Positions 26,928-35,611 are shown, counted from the stretch's first letter. The stretch is 64,000 nt of DNA from an uncultured Solirubrobacterales bacterium (GCA_963844395.1 CAWJNX010000001.1:857252-921251), one strand, 5' to 3'. Numbers and translations are program-made. The notes: a model not told the origin generated them from the letters alone.

Positions 26928-27585
26928 GATCGACCCCGAGTGGCGCCGCCGCGACGCCGAGCTGCGCGCCGCCGATAAGCAGGAGTTCCTCGCGGCATGC
27001 GAGGACTTCGCCCTCGACCGCTCGCTGCGCGCCTACTCAACCATAGGAACGCGCGGCGACGCCGACCTGGTGCTGCTCAGCCAGAGCCCCAACCTCGATG
27101 ACCTGCACACTTTCCATGTCGTGCTCGGCCAGAGCGGCCTGGCGAAGTGGGCCGAAACGCCCTACTCGTTCCTCTCGATGACCAAGCGCTCGCCCTACTC
27201 CGACGAGCAGTCCCGGCCCGAGATCTGCGTTTCCGAGCGCAAGTACCTCTTCCTCTACCCGATGGTCAAGCAGCGCCGCTGGTACGGACTGCCGGAGGAG
27301 GAGCGCGGGCGGATCATGAAAAGCCACATCGAGGTCGGCCGCCGCCATCCGGAGATCACGATCAACACCTCCTACTCCTTCGGGCTCGACGACCAGGAGT
27401 TCGTGGTCGCCTTCGAGGGCGACGACCCGGGCGAGTTCCTCGACCTCGTGCAGGAGCTGCGACCGACCGAGTCGAGCGCCTACACCGAGCGCGAGACGCC
27501 GATCTTCACCTGCGTGGCGATGTCTGTGCGGCGGGCGCTCGACGCGCTCGACGGCGTCGCGAGCGTCGTCGCCGCCGCGCGGTAA
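26890..27585 (+). CDS. chdC: Coproheme decarboxylase / hydrogen-peroxide-dependent heme synthase (chlorite-dismutase family)
   Basis: The ATG at 26890 gives MGDRTFAKFTFFKIDPEWRR...YLFLYPMVKQRRWY...MKSHIEVGRRH.... Confidence 0.85.
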   Translation: MGDRTFAKFTFFKIDPEWRRRDAELRAADKQEFLAACEDFALDRSLRAYSTIGTRGDADLVLLSQSPNLDDLHTFHVVLGQSGLAKWAETPYSFLSMTKRSPYSDEQSRPEICVSERKYLFLYPMVKQRRWYGLPEEERGRIMKSHIEVGRRHPEITINTSYSFGLDDQEFVVAFEGDDPGEFLDLVQELRPTESSAYTERETPIFTCVAMSVRRALDALDGVASVVAAAR

Positions 27586-27634
27586 TAAGCAGCCATCCGC
27601 TTCCGATAGCTCTCGAAATCAGCTTTCGCCGCGG

Positions 27635-28501
27635 TCAGTCGAAGGCCAGATAGCGGTACCGGGCGATGACTTCGAGGTGGCGGACCAGCCCGAAGTCCCG
27701 GATCCGCTCCGTCGCGAGCTTGGCCGCGAGCTTCGCGCCTTCGATGTCGCCGAGCGCGCGGCGGTACTCCATCTGCACCAGTGGCTCGGTTGTCCACGCC
27801 CGTTTCGTCGAGCCCCGCGTCTCACTCGAGATCGATAGGAGCAAGTCGAGGTGCTCCATGTTTCCGAGTTCCACCTGCTCGAACAGCACTTGGGTGGCGA
27901 ATGCGTGCGACCGGGGGTCGATGCGACCCGAAGCGAGATAGGCAGCGACGATTCCCTCTGACCTGGCGCGCAGGAACTCCTTGTGCACCGGCAGGTAGTC
28001 GGCCCGGCGCAGCGCCGCGACTCGGATCGCGTATACAGCGGTTGCCGCCCGCGCGAGGGGATGCCCCTGCGGAGAGGCGATCAGCTTGAGGAGGCCGTCC
28101 CGGCCGCCGGCTGCCGTCTCCAGTCTGTCCAACGCGGAGGAGGTGTAGAGCACCGCTTCCGGGCATCGTCCATTGCGATGCGCCACCTCGGCAATCATGG
28201 TGGCGCCGCAGGCGAATCTGGCCGCGTTGTGGAGCCGGCTGTCGGATTCCCGGGTTGCCGGCTGAAGGAACCGATGCTCAACGGCTTTGATCGCTTCCAG
28301 AGCGAGCAATGGATCGCCTCCGGGACCATCGCAGAGAACCTCGAGGGCAAGCTCGATCTCTTCTCGCCAGACCAGTGGATCGACCCAGCCGTTCAGCATC
28401 GCCTCGGCAATGGCTCTCGCGCACCGTTCAGCGCGCGGAATGTCCTCCGCCTCGCAGTAGTCCCTTTTCGACACCCACTCAATTCCTCTCAAGGAACCCA
28501 T
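27635..28501 (-). CDS. Hypothetical all-alpha protein (288 aa), no recognisable family
   Basis: It is a long ORF with coding-like third-position GC. It is divergent from the antitoxin-like gene across an A/T-rich spacer. Confidence 0.55.
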   Translation of the reverse strand: MGSLRGIEWVSKRDYCEAEDIPRAERCARAIAEAMLNGWVDPLVWREEIELALEVLCDGPGGDPLLALEAIKAVEHRFLQPATRESDSRLHNAARFACGATMIAEVAHRNGRCPEAVLYTSSALDRLETAAGGRDGLLKLIASPQGHPLARAATAVYAIRVAALRRADYLPVHKEFLRARSEGIVAAYLASGRIDPRSHAFATQVLFEQVELGNMEHLDLLLSISSETRGSTKRAWTTEPLVQMEYRRALGDIEGAKLAAKLATERIRDFGLVRHLEVIARYRYLAFD

Positions 28502-28583
28502 CTGGGAATCGTAGCGAGATCGTCGTTAGAGCGCGTTTAGTTCTTCTCTAGATTGGATTTAGTCCCCCTTTTATTTCGCATCT

Positions 28584-29087
28584 ATGTATCCTCTGCTGAC
28601 AATGCATGCCTCGCGACCCTCTGTCTTCTCACCCCGGGAGCCGTCTGGCATGCCTGGAAGCATGGATCGCGTGAGCGTTCAAACAATTGCAACCGAAAAA
28701 CTGGGGTCCACCTCCACCGCCAGTGAGCGGGTGGCAGGGTTGGTTGACGTCCTCGATGTCCCGCTGGTGGCGAAAGCCGCAAAGGTTTCCTCCACGGCCG
28801 TTCGCAAGTGGATCGATGGCACCGAGCCGCGGGCGGACGCCGCAATGACGATCGACGACCTCCGCTCCGTCGTCGTCGTGCTGCTCGAGGCAGGGTTCGA
28901 GCCGGAAAGGGTCCGCAGCTGGTTCCTCAGCCGAGACCGCGCGTGGTTGGAGGGCGAGCGCCCACTGGACTGCCTGTCGCGTACGCCGATCACGGTGCTG
29001 AGCGCCGCAAACGACGCGGCGATGATCCGTCGTTTCGGCCCAGAGGCAGCTGCGCGGATGGTTGAAACTTCCCCTGATTGTTCGTAG
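28584..29087 (+). CDS. Xre-HTH + DUF2384 (MbcA/ParS-type) antitoxin-like protein
   Basis: ...AKAAKVSSTAVRKWIDGTEP...VRSWFLSRDRAWLEGERPLDCLSRTPITVLSAANDAAMIRR parallels the M. tuberculosis MbcA layout (HTH, then W..P...L....P.dl......V......). The start is uncertain. Confidence 0.7.
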   Translation: MYPLLTMHASRPSVFSPREPSGMPGSMDRVSVQTIATEKLGSTSTASERVAGLVDVLDVPLVAKAAKVSSTAVRKWIDGTEPRADAAMTIDDLRSVVVVLLEAGFEPERVRSWFLSRDRAWLEGERPLDCLSRTPITVLSAANDAAMIRRFGPEAAARMVETSPDCS

Positions 29088-29096
29088 CTTCCCTAA

Positions 29097-29636
29097 ATCG
29101 CCGTCGAGGCCCTCAGCTACGCGATCGACCACCAGGACCGCCTGATCCGGCTCGACGAGGGCTTCTACCGCTTCGCCGAAGAGAACGGCTGGGAGGAGGT
29201 CAGCAGCAGCCTCGGCCGCTCGCTCTGGGACTTCGTCGCCGGCCAGGAGGTCAAGAAGCTGCAGCGGATGCTGGTGCGGCGGATCCGTGACGGCGTCCGC
29301 GATGTCAAGCTGCCCTTTCGCTGTGACGGGCCCGAGGTGAGCCGCGAAATGGACATCCGGATCGCCGCAGACAGCTCCGGGCGCGCCGTGCTGTTCTCGG
29401 CCCGCCTGCGATCCGAGCAGGAGCGCGACGAGCCCCAGCCTCTGCTCGACCCCGGCAGTCCCCGCGGCGATGAGCGGCTGTCGATGTGCGCCTGGTGCGA
29501 CCGCTTCAAGGTCGGCGACGAGTGGGTCGAGGTCGAGGATGCGGCGAAGCGATTGGAGCTCTTCCGCCGCAGCGAGCTGCCGGTAATCGACCACACGATT
29601 TGCCCGCGCGACAACGAGAAGCTGCTCGCCGCGTAG
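29097..29636 (+). CDS. PAS-like domain protein with a C-terminal CxxC...HxxC motif; no canonical start for the first 57 codons
   Basis: The frame opens right after a TAA at 29094-29096 and reads IAVEALSYAIDHQDRLIRLDEGFYRFAEENGW...LWDFVAGQE...LPFRCDGPEVSREMDIRIAA...CAWCDRF...HTIC. The first ATG, at 29268, would cut the PAS fold. Confidence 0.5.
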   Translation: MAVEALSYAIDHQDRLIRLDEGFYRFAEENGWEEVSSSLGRSLWDFVAGQEVKKLQRMLVRRIRDGVRDVKLPFRCDGPEVSREMDIRIAADSSGRAVLFSARLRSEQERDEPQPLLDPGSPRGDERLSMCAWCDRFKVGDEWVEVEDAAKRLELFRRSELPVIDHTICPRDNEKLLAA

Positions 29637-29676
29637 GCGGCTGGCGGCCGTCGTTCCCTATTCTTCCCCGCTCGCC

Positions 29677-29701
29677 GTTAAGTGTTTACTTGCCACTTAA
29701 C
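29677..29701. promoter_or_regulatory. A/T-rich 8-bp perfect inverted repeat upstream of fprA
   Basis: gttaagtg (29677-29684) pairs with cacttaac (29694-29701) across a 9-nt spacer. It ends 20 nt before the fprA ATG. Confidence 0.3.
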
Positions 29702-29721
29702 CCCCTACGCAGAACTAGGAC

Positions 29722-31129
29722 ATGACCCAGATCGGAACCGCAGAAAACCCTGTCCGCGTCGCCATCATCGGCGCCGGGCCATCCGGCTTCTACGCCGCCG
29801 AGCACATCCTCAAGGACGCGGAGACGCACGCCCAGGTCGACCTCTTCGACCGCCTGCCGACGCCCTTCGGGCTGGTACGCGGCGGCGTCGCCCCCGACCA
29901 TCCCAAGATCAAGTCGGTTATCCGCGTCTACGAGAAAACGGCGGCGCGGGAGGGCTTTCGTTTCTTCGGCAACGTCAAGGTCGGCCACGACATCGAGGTC
30001 GAGGACCTCGAGCGCTTCTACCACGCGATCGTCTTCACGGTCGGCTGCGAGACCGACCGCCAGCTCGGCATCGCCGGCGAAGAGCTGCCGGGCAGCCATG
30101 CCGCCACGGCCTTCGTCGGTTGGTACAACGCCCACCCCGACTATTGCGAGGAGCAGTTCGACCTCTCATCCGAGCGGGCGGTGGTGATCGGCAACGGCAA
30201 CGTGGCGATGGACGTCGCCCGGATGCTGGCGCTGACCGACCATGAGCTGCGCCAGACCGACACCGCCGACCACGCGATCGAGATGCTCGACCGCAGCGCG
30301 ATCCGCGAGATCGTCGTCCTGGGGCGGCGCGGGCCGGCGCAGGCCGCCTTCACCAACCCGGAGGTGAAGGAGCTGGGCGAGATGGAGGACGCCGACGTCA
30401 GTCGTCGACCCGGCAGACGTCGAACTGGACCCCGCCAGCCAGGCTTACATCGAGTCCGACGAGGCCGACAAGACGACCAGGGTCAACGTCGAGATCCTGC
30501 GCGAGTTCGCGCAGCGCGAGCCGAGCGGCAAACGCAAGCGGATCGTCCTGCGCTTCCTCCGCTCCCCGGTCGAGATCAAGGGCGACGGCAAGGTGCAGAG
30601 CATCGTCATCGGCCGCAACGAGCTGGTCGACGAAGGCGGCACGCTGCGCGCCCGCGACAGCGGCGAGCGCGAAGAGCTGGAGTGCGGGCTGGTCCTGCGC
30701 TCGGTCGGCTACACCGGCATCCCGATCGAGGGCGTCCCCTTCGACGAAAAGCGCGGTCTGATCCTCAACGAGGGCGGCCGCGTGCTCGATTCCCACGACG
30801 CCGGCCACAAGGCTGGCCACTACACGGCAGGCTGGATCAAGCGTGGCCCCTCTGGCGTGATCGGCACCAACAAGAAAGACGCGCTGGAGACCGTTCAGCA
30901 CCTGCTGGCCGACGTCGCCGAAGGCAAGCTGCTGGACCCCGCGAGCCCCGAGCCCACCGCGGTTGAGGAGCTGCTCGCCGAGCGCGGCATCCGCTACGTC
31001 AGCTTCGAGGACTGGCAGGCGATCGACCAGGCCGAGGTCGGCCGCGGCGAGCCCCACGGCCGCCCCCGCGTCAAGTTCGTCCGCGTCGAGGAGATGCTGG
31101 GCGCGCTGGGCGAGAAGGTCTCCGGCTAG
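29722..31129 (+). pseudogene. fprA: Ferredoxin-NADP+ reductase (FprA/adrenodoxin-reductase type) with a 1-nt insertion at about 30400
   Basis: Frame 1 reads ...[16 protein letters not shown]...GEMEDADV. Frame 2 continues [14 protein letters not shown]...[29 protein letters not shown]...[14 protein letters not shown]. Removing the A at 30400 (GACGTCaGTCGTC) restores one ORF. Confidence 0.85.
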
Positions 31130-31135
31130 CGCCGC

Positions 31136-31369
31136 GTGGCGGACCTGGCGGAAATCGAGGCGATGATCGAGGCGGCCCTGCCGGGCGCCGAGGTCGAAGT
31201 GGTCGACGAGACCGGCGCCGGCGACCACCTGCGGGCGGCGGTGCGGGCGGCGCAGTTCGAGGGCCTCTCGCGGATCGACCAGCACCGGCTGGTCAAGGCC
31301 GCTGTCAAGGAGCGCTTCGACGACGGCACGATCCACGCGCTCTCGGTCAAGACCGAGGTGGCGGGGTAG
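31136..31369 (+). CDS. BolA-family protein
   Basis: 77 aa. ...VEVVDETGAGDHLRAAVRAAQFEGLSRIDQHRLV...IHALSVKT has the typical BolA pattern. Confidence 0.85.
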   Translation: MADLAEIEAMIEAALPGAEVEVVDETGAGDHLRAAVRAAQFEGLSRIDQHRLVKAAVKERFDDGTIHALSVKTEVAG

Positions 31370-31376
31370 CTACGCT

Positions 31377-31763
31377 GTGGCCATGGCCGACCCCCAGCTG
31401 AAGCAGAAGGTCGAGGAGCTGATCCGCGCCAACCCGGTGCTGCTCTTCATGAAAGGCACGCCGGAAGAGCCGCGCTGCGGCTTCTCGATGCGCGTTGTGC
31501 AGGTGCTCGACACGATCGACGTCGAGTACGGCGCGGTCGACGTCCTCCCCGCCCTGCAGCCGCTGCGCGAGGTGACGGCGGAGATCTCAGACTGGCAGAC
31601 CTTCCCGCAGCTCTATGTCAACGGCGAGCTGGTCGGCGGCGCCGACATCGTCGAGGAGATGTTCGAGTCCGGCGAGCTGGCCGAGGCGCTAGGGGTCGAG
31701 CAGCCGGCCGAGGCGCCGCCGGCCGCACCTCCGGCGCAGTCACCGCCGCTTCAGATCGAATAG
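31377..31763 (+). CDS. grxD: Monothiol (CGFS) glutaredoxin, Grx4 family
   Basis: It has [15 protein letters not shown]...[19 protein letters not shown]. Confidence 0.9.
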   Translation: MAMADPQLKQKVEELIRANPVLLFMKGTPEEPRCGFSMRVVQVLDTIDVEYGAVDVLPALQPLREVTAEISDWQTFPQLYVNGELVGGADIVEEMFESGELAEALGVEQPAEAPPAAPPAQSPPLQIE

Positions 31764-31810
31764 GCCCTATCCCGGTAGGGGTTTTCTGATAGGCCTAGCC
31801 GGGGTGAGTC

Positions 31811-32185
31811 TCAGACGGCCGCGGCTTCGGGCGCGTCGTCTTTCACCTGGAAAGACGAACCGCAGCCGCAGGCTGCTACGACGTTCGGGTTGTTGACTTG
31901 GAACCCGGCGCCCTGGAGGCCTTCTACGTAGTCGACTTCGGAACCGAAGACGAACTGCATGCTGGTCTTGTCGACGACGACGGCGACGCCGTCGACCTCG
32001 AAGACGTGGTCGTCGTCCTTGGCGCGATCGAAGGCGAGGGCGTACTGGAAGCCCGAGCAACCGCCGCCACGAACGGCGACACGCAGCGCCTGCCCCTCGG
32101 CCTCGTCCTGGCCGCCGAGCAGCTCGCCGATCTTCTCGACCGCCTTGTCGCTGAGCACGATCGCCTCTTTCGCAGTCTCCGTCAC
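31811..32185 (-). CDS. erpA: Iron-sulfur cluster insertion/assembly protein (IscA/ErpA/HesB family)
   Basis: The GTG at 32185 gives MTETAKEAIVLSDKAVEKI...ALRVAVRGGGCSGFQY...CGCGSSF. Confidence 0.9.
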   Translation of the reverse strand: MTETAKEAIVLSDKAVEKIGELLGGQDEAEGQALRVAVRGGGCSGFQYALAFDRAKDDDHVFEVDGVAVVVDKTSMQFVFGSEVDYVEGLQGAGFQVNNPNVVAACGCGSSFQVKDDAPEAAAV

Positions 32186-32257
32186 TTCACAAAGTGTAGC
32201 GATGACCCCCGTCTCGTCCGCGGCGTACGGCCTGAGGTCTGAAAGACTTAGCTCGCC

Positions 32258-33133
32258 TTGGCTCCCAGCCCGCAAACCGCCGTCGTCTGTGACAGCACGG
32301 CGTATCTTCCCTCGGAGCTCGTCGCTCAGCGCGGCATCGAGGTAATCAGCCTCTACGTCTCGATTGAGGGCGACCAGCGCCCCGAGATGGGAATCGGCGA
32401 CTACGGCGAGTTCTTCGAGCGCCTGCGCGCCTCCGAGAGCGGCGCGACCACCTCGCAACCTTCGGTCGGCGACTTCGTCTCCGTTTACGAGCCGCTGCTC
32501 GAAGCCGGGCGCGAGATCGTCTCGGTCCACATCTCGGCCGGCATCTCGGGCACCTATGACGCCGCCAACCAGGCGCGCGAGCGCCTGATCGCCGAGGACA
32601 AGGGGGGCGAGCGCATCCACGTCGTCGACTCCCGCTCGGCAGCCGGCGGGATGGGACTATGCGCTCTGGCCGCCGCGGGCGCGGCGGCCGGTGGCGACGC
32701 GGGCGATGCGGTTGTCGCCCGCGCTCAGCAGGCCCGCGAGGAGCTGAAGATGTGGTTTGCGATCGACACGCTCGAGTACCTGCGACGCGGCGGGCGAATC
32801 GGCGGCGCCGCTGCCTGGATCGGCTCGGCGCTGAAAATCAAGCCGATCCTGACGCTCGAGGAGGAGATCACCCCGGTCGAGCGCGTCCGCACCCGCGCCC
32901 GCTCGATCGAGCGCCTGCGCGGCTACGCCCGCGAGCGCCACGACTCCGGCCTCGACGCCTGGGTCGTCCAGCACATCCAGGACGACGAGACGGCAAGCCT
33001 CCTGATCGAAGACTGCTACGAGATCTTCGGCTGCGAGCCCGCCTTCACCTCAGAGGTCGGCGCCGTCCTCGGCGCCCACGTCGGCCCGGGCCTCCTGGGC
33101 GTGGGCAGCGTCTCAAAGTCAGTCCTGAGTTAA
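32258..33133 (+). CDS. DegV-family fatty-acid-binding protein
   Basis: It has ...VVCDSTAYLP...TTSQPSVGDF...HISAGISGTY.... Confidence 0.9.
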   Translation: MAPSPQTAVVCDSTAYLPSELVAQRGIEVISLYVSIEGDQRPEMGIGDYGEFFERLRASESGATTSQPSVGDFVSVYEPLLEAGREIVSVHISAGISGTYDAANQARERLIAEDKGGERIHVVDSRSAAGGMGLCALAAAGAAAGGDAGDAVVARAQQAREELKMWFAIDTLEYLRRGGRIGGAAAWIGSALKIKPILTLEEEITPVERVRTRARSIERLRGYARERHDSGLDAWVVQHIQDDETASLLIEDCYEIFGCEPAFTSEVGAVLGAHVGPGLLGVGSVSKSVLS

Positions 33134-33145
33134 CACTCCGAGCCG

Positions 33146-33394
33146 TCAGCGGCGACGGCGAAGGGCCATCACGCCGATCGCAAAACCGGCGACGGCAGCG
33201 CCGATCGCCAACTCGCGGCGGTGCTCGTGGACCTGGCGGCGCCAGTCGGTCAGCTCGGCGACGCGGAAGCGCAGGGCTTGGACCGAGTGGCCGAGGTCGC
33301 GGCGCTGCGACTCGATGTCGCTGCGGATCTGCGCCGCGGAGCGGCCGGGCAGGCCGGCCGTGGACGGGCGGATGGGATCGGTATGGGCGCTCAT
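33146..33394 (-). CDS. DUF3618-like protein with a C-terminal TM
   Basis: RSAAQIRSDIESQRRDLGHSVQAL is followed by a C-terminal hydrophobic helix. It has an ATGA overlap with the upstream gene. Confidence 0.7.
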   Translation of the reverse strand: MSAHTDPIRPSTAGLPGRSAAQIRSDIESQRRDLGHSVQALRFRVAELTDWRRQVHEHRRELAIGAAVAGFAIGVMALRRRR

Positions 33395-33843
33395 TTCTCC
33401 TCCACCCTCAATGGCTGCACCGGCTCGCCACCGAGCACGGCCTTGGTCCGCTTCGCCTCCTCGATCGCCTGTTCGGGCACCGGCGGCGCGCCCTTCTGGA
33501 CGGCGCGGTAGGCGACCAGCCCGGCGATGCCGGCTATCAGCAGGAAGAGCGCGGCCTCGATGAAGTAGCCGGGCCAGACCTCGTCCTCGAAGAAGAGGTC
33601 GTTGATCAGCCAGGCGATTCCGTGCATGGCCAGGATCAGCGCCAGGAAGGCGAAGGTGCCGGCGGCGATGCCGACGACCGAGCCGCGCAGGAGGCTGCCG
33701 AGCTTTTCGCTGACCTCGGTCTTGGCCAGCTCGATCTCCTCGCGGATCAGGGTCGAGGCTCGTTCGCTGACGTCGAAGACCAGCTCGCCGACCGACTTGC
33801 GGTCGGGCTCGGGCGGGGGCGGCGTCGCGGTCGGCTCAGGCAT
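33391..33843 (-). CDS. Holin-X (Phage_holin_3_6)-like membrane protein
   Basis: The ATG at 33843 gives ...SVGELVFDVSERASTLIREEIELAKTEVSEK..., followed by two TM helices. Confidence 0.7.
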   Translation of the reverse strand: MPEPTATPPPPEPDRKSVGELVFDVSERASTLIREEIELAKTEVSEKLGSLLRGSVVGIAAGTFAFLALILAMHGIAWLINDLFFEDEVWPGYFIEAALFLLIAGIAGLVAYRAVQKGAPPVPEQAIEEAKRTKAVLGGEPVQPLRVEEK

Positions 33844-33845
33844 CG

Positions 33846-33965
33846 CTACTCCGGCGGGTCTTCGTCGTAGAGGCGCCGCCAGACGATCGCGGCCGCTCTG
33901 GTCGCGACGATGCTGGCGATCGCGCCGCTCGCGGCGAGCAGACCGCTCCACACCAGTCGTTTCAT
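33846..33965 (-). CDS. Unlisted 39-aa ORF, DUF4235-like N-terminal segment
   Basis: My own translation gives MKRLVWSGLLAASGAIASIVATRAAAIVWRRLYDEDPPE*. It is below the ORF-track size cut-off. Its stop lies 2 nt before the holin-X-like start. Confidence 0.4.
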   Translation of the reverse strand: MKRLVWSGLLAASGAIASIVATRAAAIVWRRLYDEDPPE

Positions 33966-34057
33966 GATCTCGTTGTCCACGGCCTAGACCTTCCCCTCGG
34001 GAGGTCCGCAGTAAACCACCTCGGCGACGCCGCCGTGGGCAGGCTCGCCCAGAGCGC

Positions 34058-34666
34058 TCACCGCGGCTCCAGGCCGTCGCAGATAGCGGCCACGACAAGC
34101 AACTTGGCGCGGTCGAAGTCGCCGTCGCCGGCCGGGATCAGGTCGAAGATCCAGCCGGAGAGCAACTGCTCGATCGCACCGTAGAAGGACATCGAGGCGA
34201 AGGCCGGGTCGACGTCGCTGCGGAAGGCGCCCTGCTCTTGGCCGCCGGCGACGATCCTGGCGATCGAGTCGTAGGCGCGGCGGATCTCCGGCAGGTGGGT
34301 TCGCCCGAACGAGTTGGCGGCGCGGGTCACCTCGACGATGATCACCTTCATCAGCTCCGGGTTGTGCCGGTAGGAATCGACGATGAAGCCGGCGACGGCC
34401 TCGAGCTTGGCGCGCGGCGCCGCCTCACTGCGGTCGGCCTCGTCGATCGCGGCCAGCAGCAGCGACCAGCGCTCGCTGAAGAGCTCGTTGAGCACCTCGT
34501 CCTTGGACTTGAAGTAGTGGTAGACGAGGCCGTAGGCGACCCCCGCCTCGTCGGCGATGTCGGCGACCCGGGTCGAGTGGAAGCCCTGGCGGGCGAAGAC
34601 CTGGATCGCCGCATCGAGGATCTGCCGGCGCTTGTCGATCGGCGGCGCCTTCGGGCTAGAGGCCAT
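34058..34666 (-). CDS. TetR/AcrR-family transcriptional regulator
   Basis: ILDAAIQVFARQGFHSTRVADIADEAGVAYGLVYHYFKSKDEVL is a canonical TetR HTH. Confidence 0.9.
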   Translation of the reverse strand: MASSPKAPPIDKRRQILDAAIQVFARQGFHSTRVADIADEAGVAYGLVYHYFKSKDEVLNELFSERWSLLLAAIDEADRSEAAPRAKLEAVAGFIVDSYRHNPELMKVIIVEVTRAANSFGRTHLPEIRRAYDSIARIVAGGQEQGAFRSDVDPAFASMSFYGAIEQLLSGWIFDLIPAGDGDFDRAKLLVVAAICDGLEPR

Positions 34667-35526
34667 CAGGCGTGCATCTCCTGCAGCTGCGGCCAGACGT
34701 AGGCGCCGGGACGGCGGTTGGCGAGCGAGGGCAGCGACTCGCGGACCTGGTCCTGCGCCGCGAGGTCGAGGTCAGCGGCTACGAAGCACTCTTCGTCCGG
34801 GGCGATGGCGAGCACCGCGCCCCAGGGGTCGACGACCGCCGAGTGCCCGGAGGAGCTGTAGTGCGGCGGCGTTTCGCCCACCTGGTTGGGAGCGAGGACG
34901 AAGGCCTGGTTCTCGATCGCTCGCGCTCGCAGCAGTACCTCCCAATGGTCGCGGCCGGTGGCAAAAGTGAAGGCCGAGGGCACAACGATCAGGCGGGCGC
35001 CACGCACCGCGAGGATCCGGTAAAGCTCCGGGAAGCGGAGGTCGTAACAAACGCTGAGGCCGACGGTGATGTCGCCGAGCGGCGCAGTGACGATCTCGCT
35101 CCCCGCTTCCTCGTGTTCGGACTCGCGGTACTCGATCCCGCCCGCTTCGACGTCGAACATGTGGATCTTGCGATAGACAGCGACGTCCTCTCCGCCGGGG
35201 CCGATCAGGACTGAGGTGTTGAAGGCCTTCTGCTCGCCCGGCGCGACAGCGCTGCCGGCACGCTCCTCGCCGCGCTCGGCGATGCTGCCGGCCAGCAGAT
35301 GGATGCCCAGCTCACGCGCCCAGCTCCGGGCGGCGGTGAGGCTGGGGCCGTCGAGCGGCTCGGCCCCTGCCGCCATCTCCTCCCCCGCCGCAAGCAGATT
35401 CCACTTCTCCGGCAGCCCGACCAGCTCGGCGCCGTCGGCCGCGGCGGCTCGGACCAGTCGCTCCCCACTGGCCAAATTGCGGGCCTTGTCCCCCGTCGAG
35501 TTGAGCTGCACTGCCGCTACGCGCAC
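34666..35526 (-). CDS. Carbon-nitrogen hydrolase (nitrilase superfamily) protein
   Basis: It has MRVAAVQLNS...LPEKWN..., ...YRKIHMFD... and ...GLSVCYDLRFPE (the E-K-C triad context). Confidence 0.9.
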   Translation of the reverse strand: MRVAAVQLNSTGDKARNLASGERLVRAAAADGAELVGLPEKWNLLAAGEEMAAGAEPLDGPSLTAARSWARELGIHLLAGSIAERGEERAGSAVAPGEQKAFNTSVLIGPGGEDVAVYRKIHMFDVEAGGIEYRESEHEEAGSEIVTAPLGDITVGLSVCYDLRFPELYRILAVRGARLIVVPSAFTFATGRDHWEVLLRARAIENQAFVLAPNQVGETPPHYSSSGHSAVVDPWGAVLAIAPDEECFVAADLDLAAQDQVRESLPSLANRRPGAYVWPQLQEMHA

Positions 35527-35557
35527 TTCGATTCCTCTCGTCTCGCCGTTCCCAGCG

Positions 35558-35606
35558 CTTCCGGTGCGCCTTTTGTGCCCTATACCTACATAAAGCGCAC
35601 CGGAAG
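35558..35606. promoter_or_regulatory. 12-bp perfect inverted repeat bracketing an A/T-rich 25-nt segment
   Basis: cttccggtgcgc (35558-35569) pairs with gcgcaccggaag (35595-35606). The spacer is cttttgtgccctatacctacataaa. Confidence 0.35.
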
Positions 35607-35611
35607 GCTGG

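Noticed and set aside
29058-29110. A -1 frameshift linking a TTG-initiated frame (29062, MKLPLIVRSFPK) to the PAS-like frame.
   Set aside because: The junction (ttccctaaatcg) is not a classical X XXY YYZ site, and the 12-residue leader has no support. It is kept only as an indel possibility.
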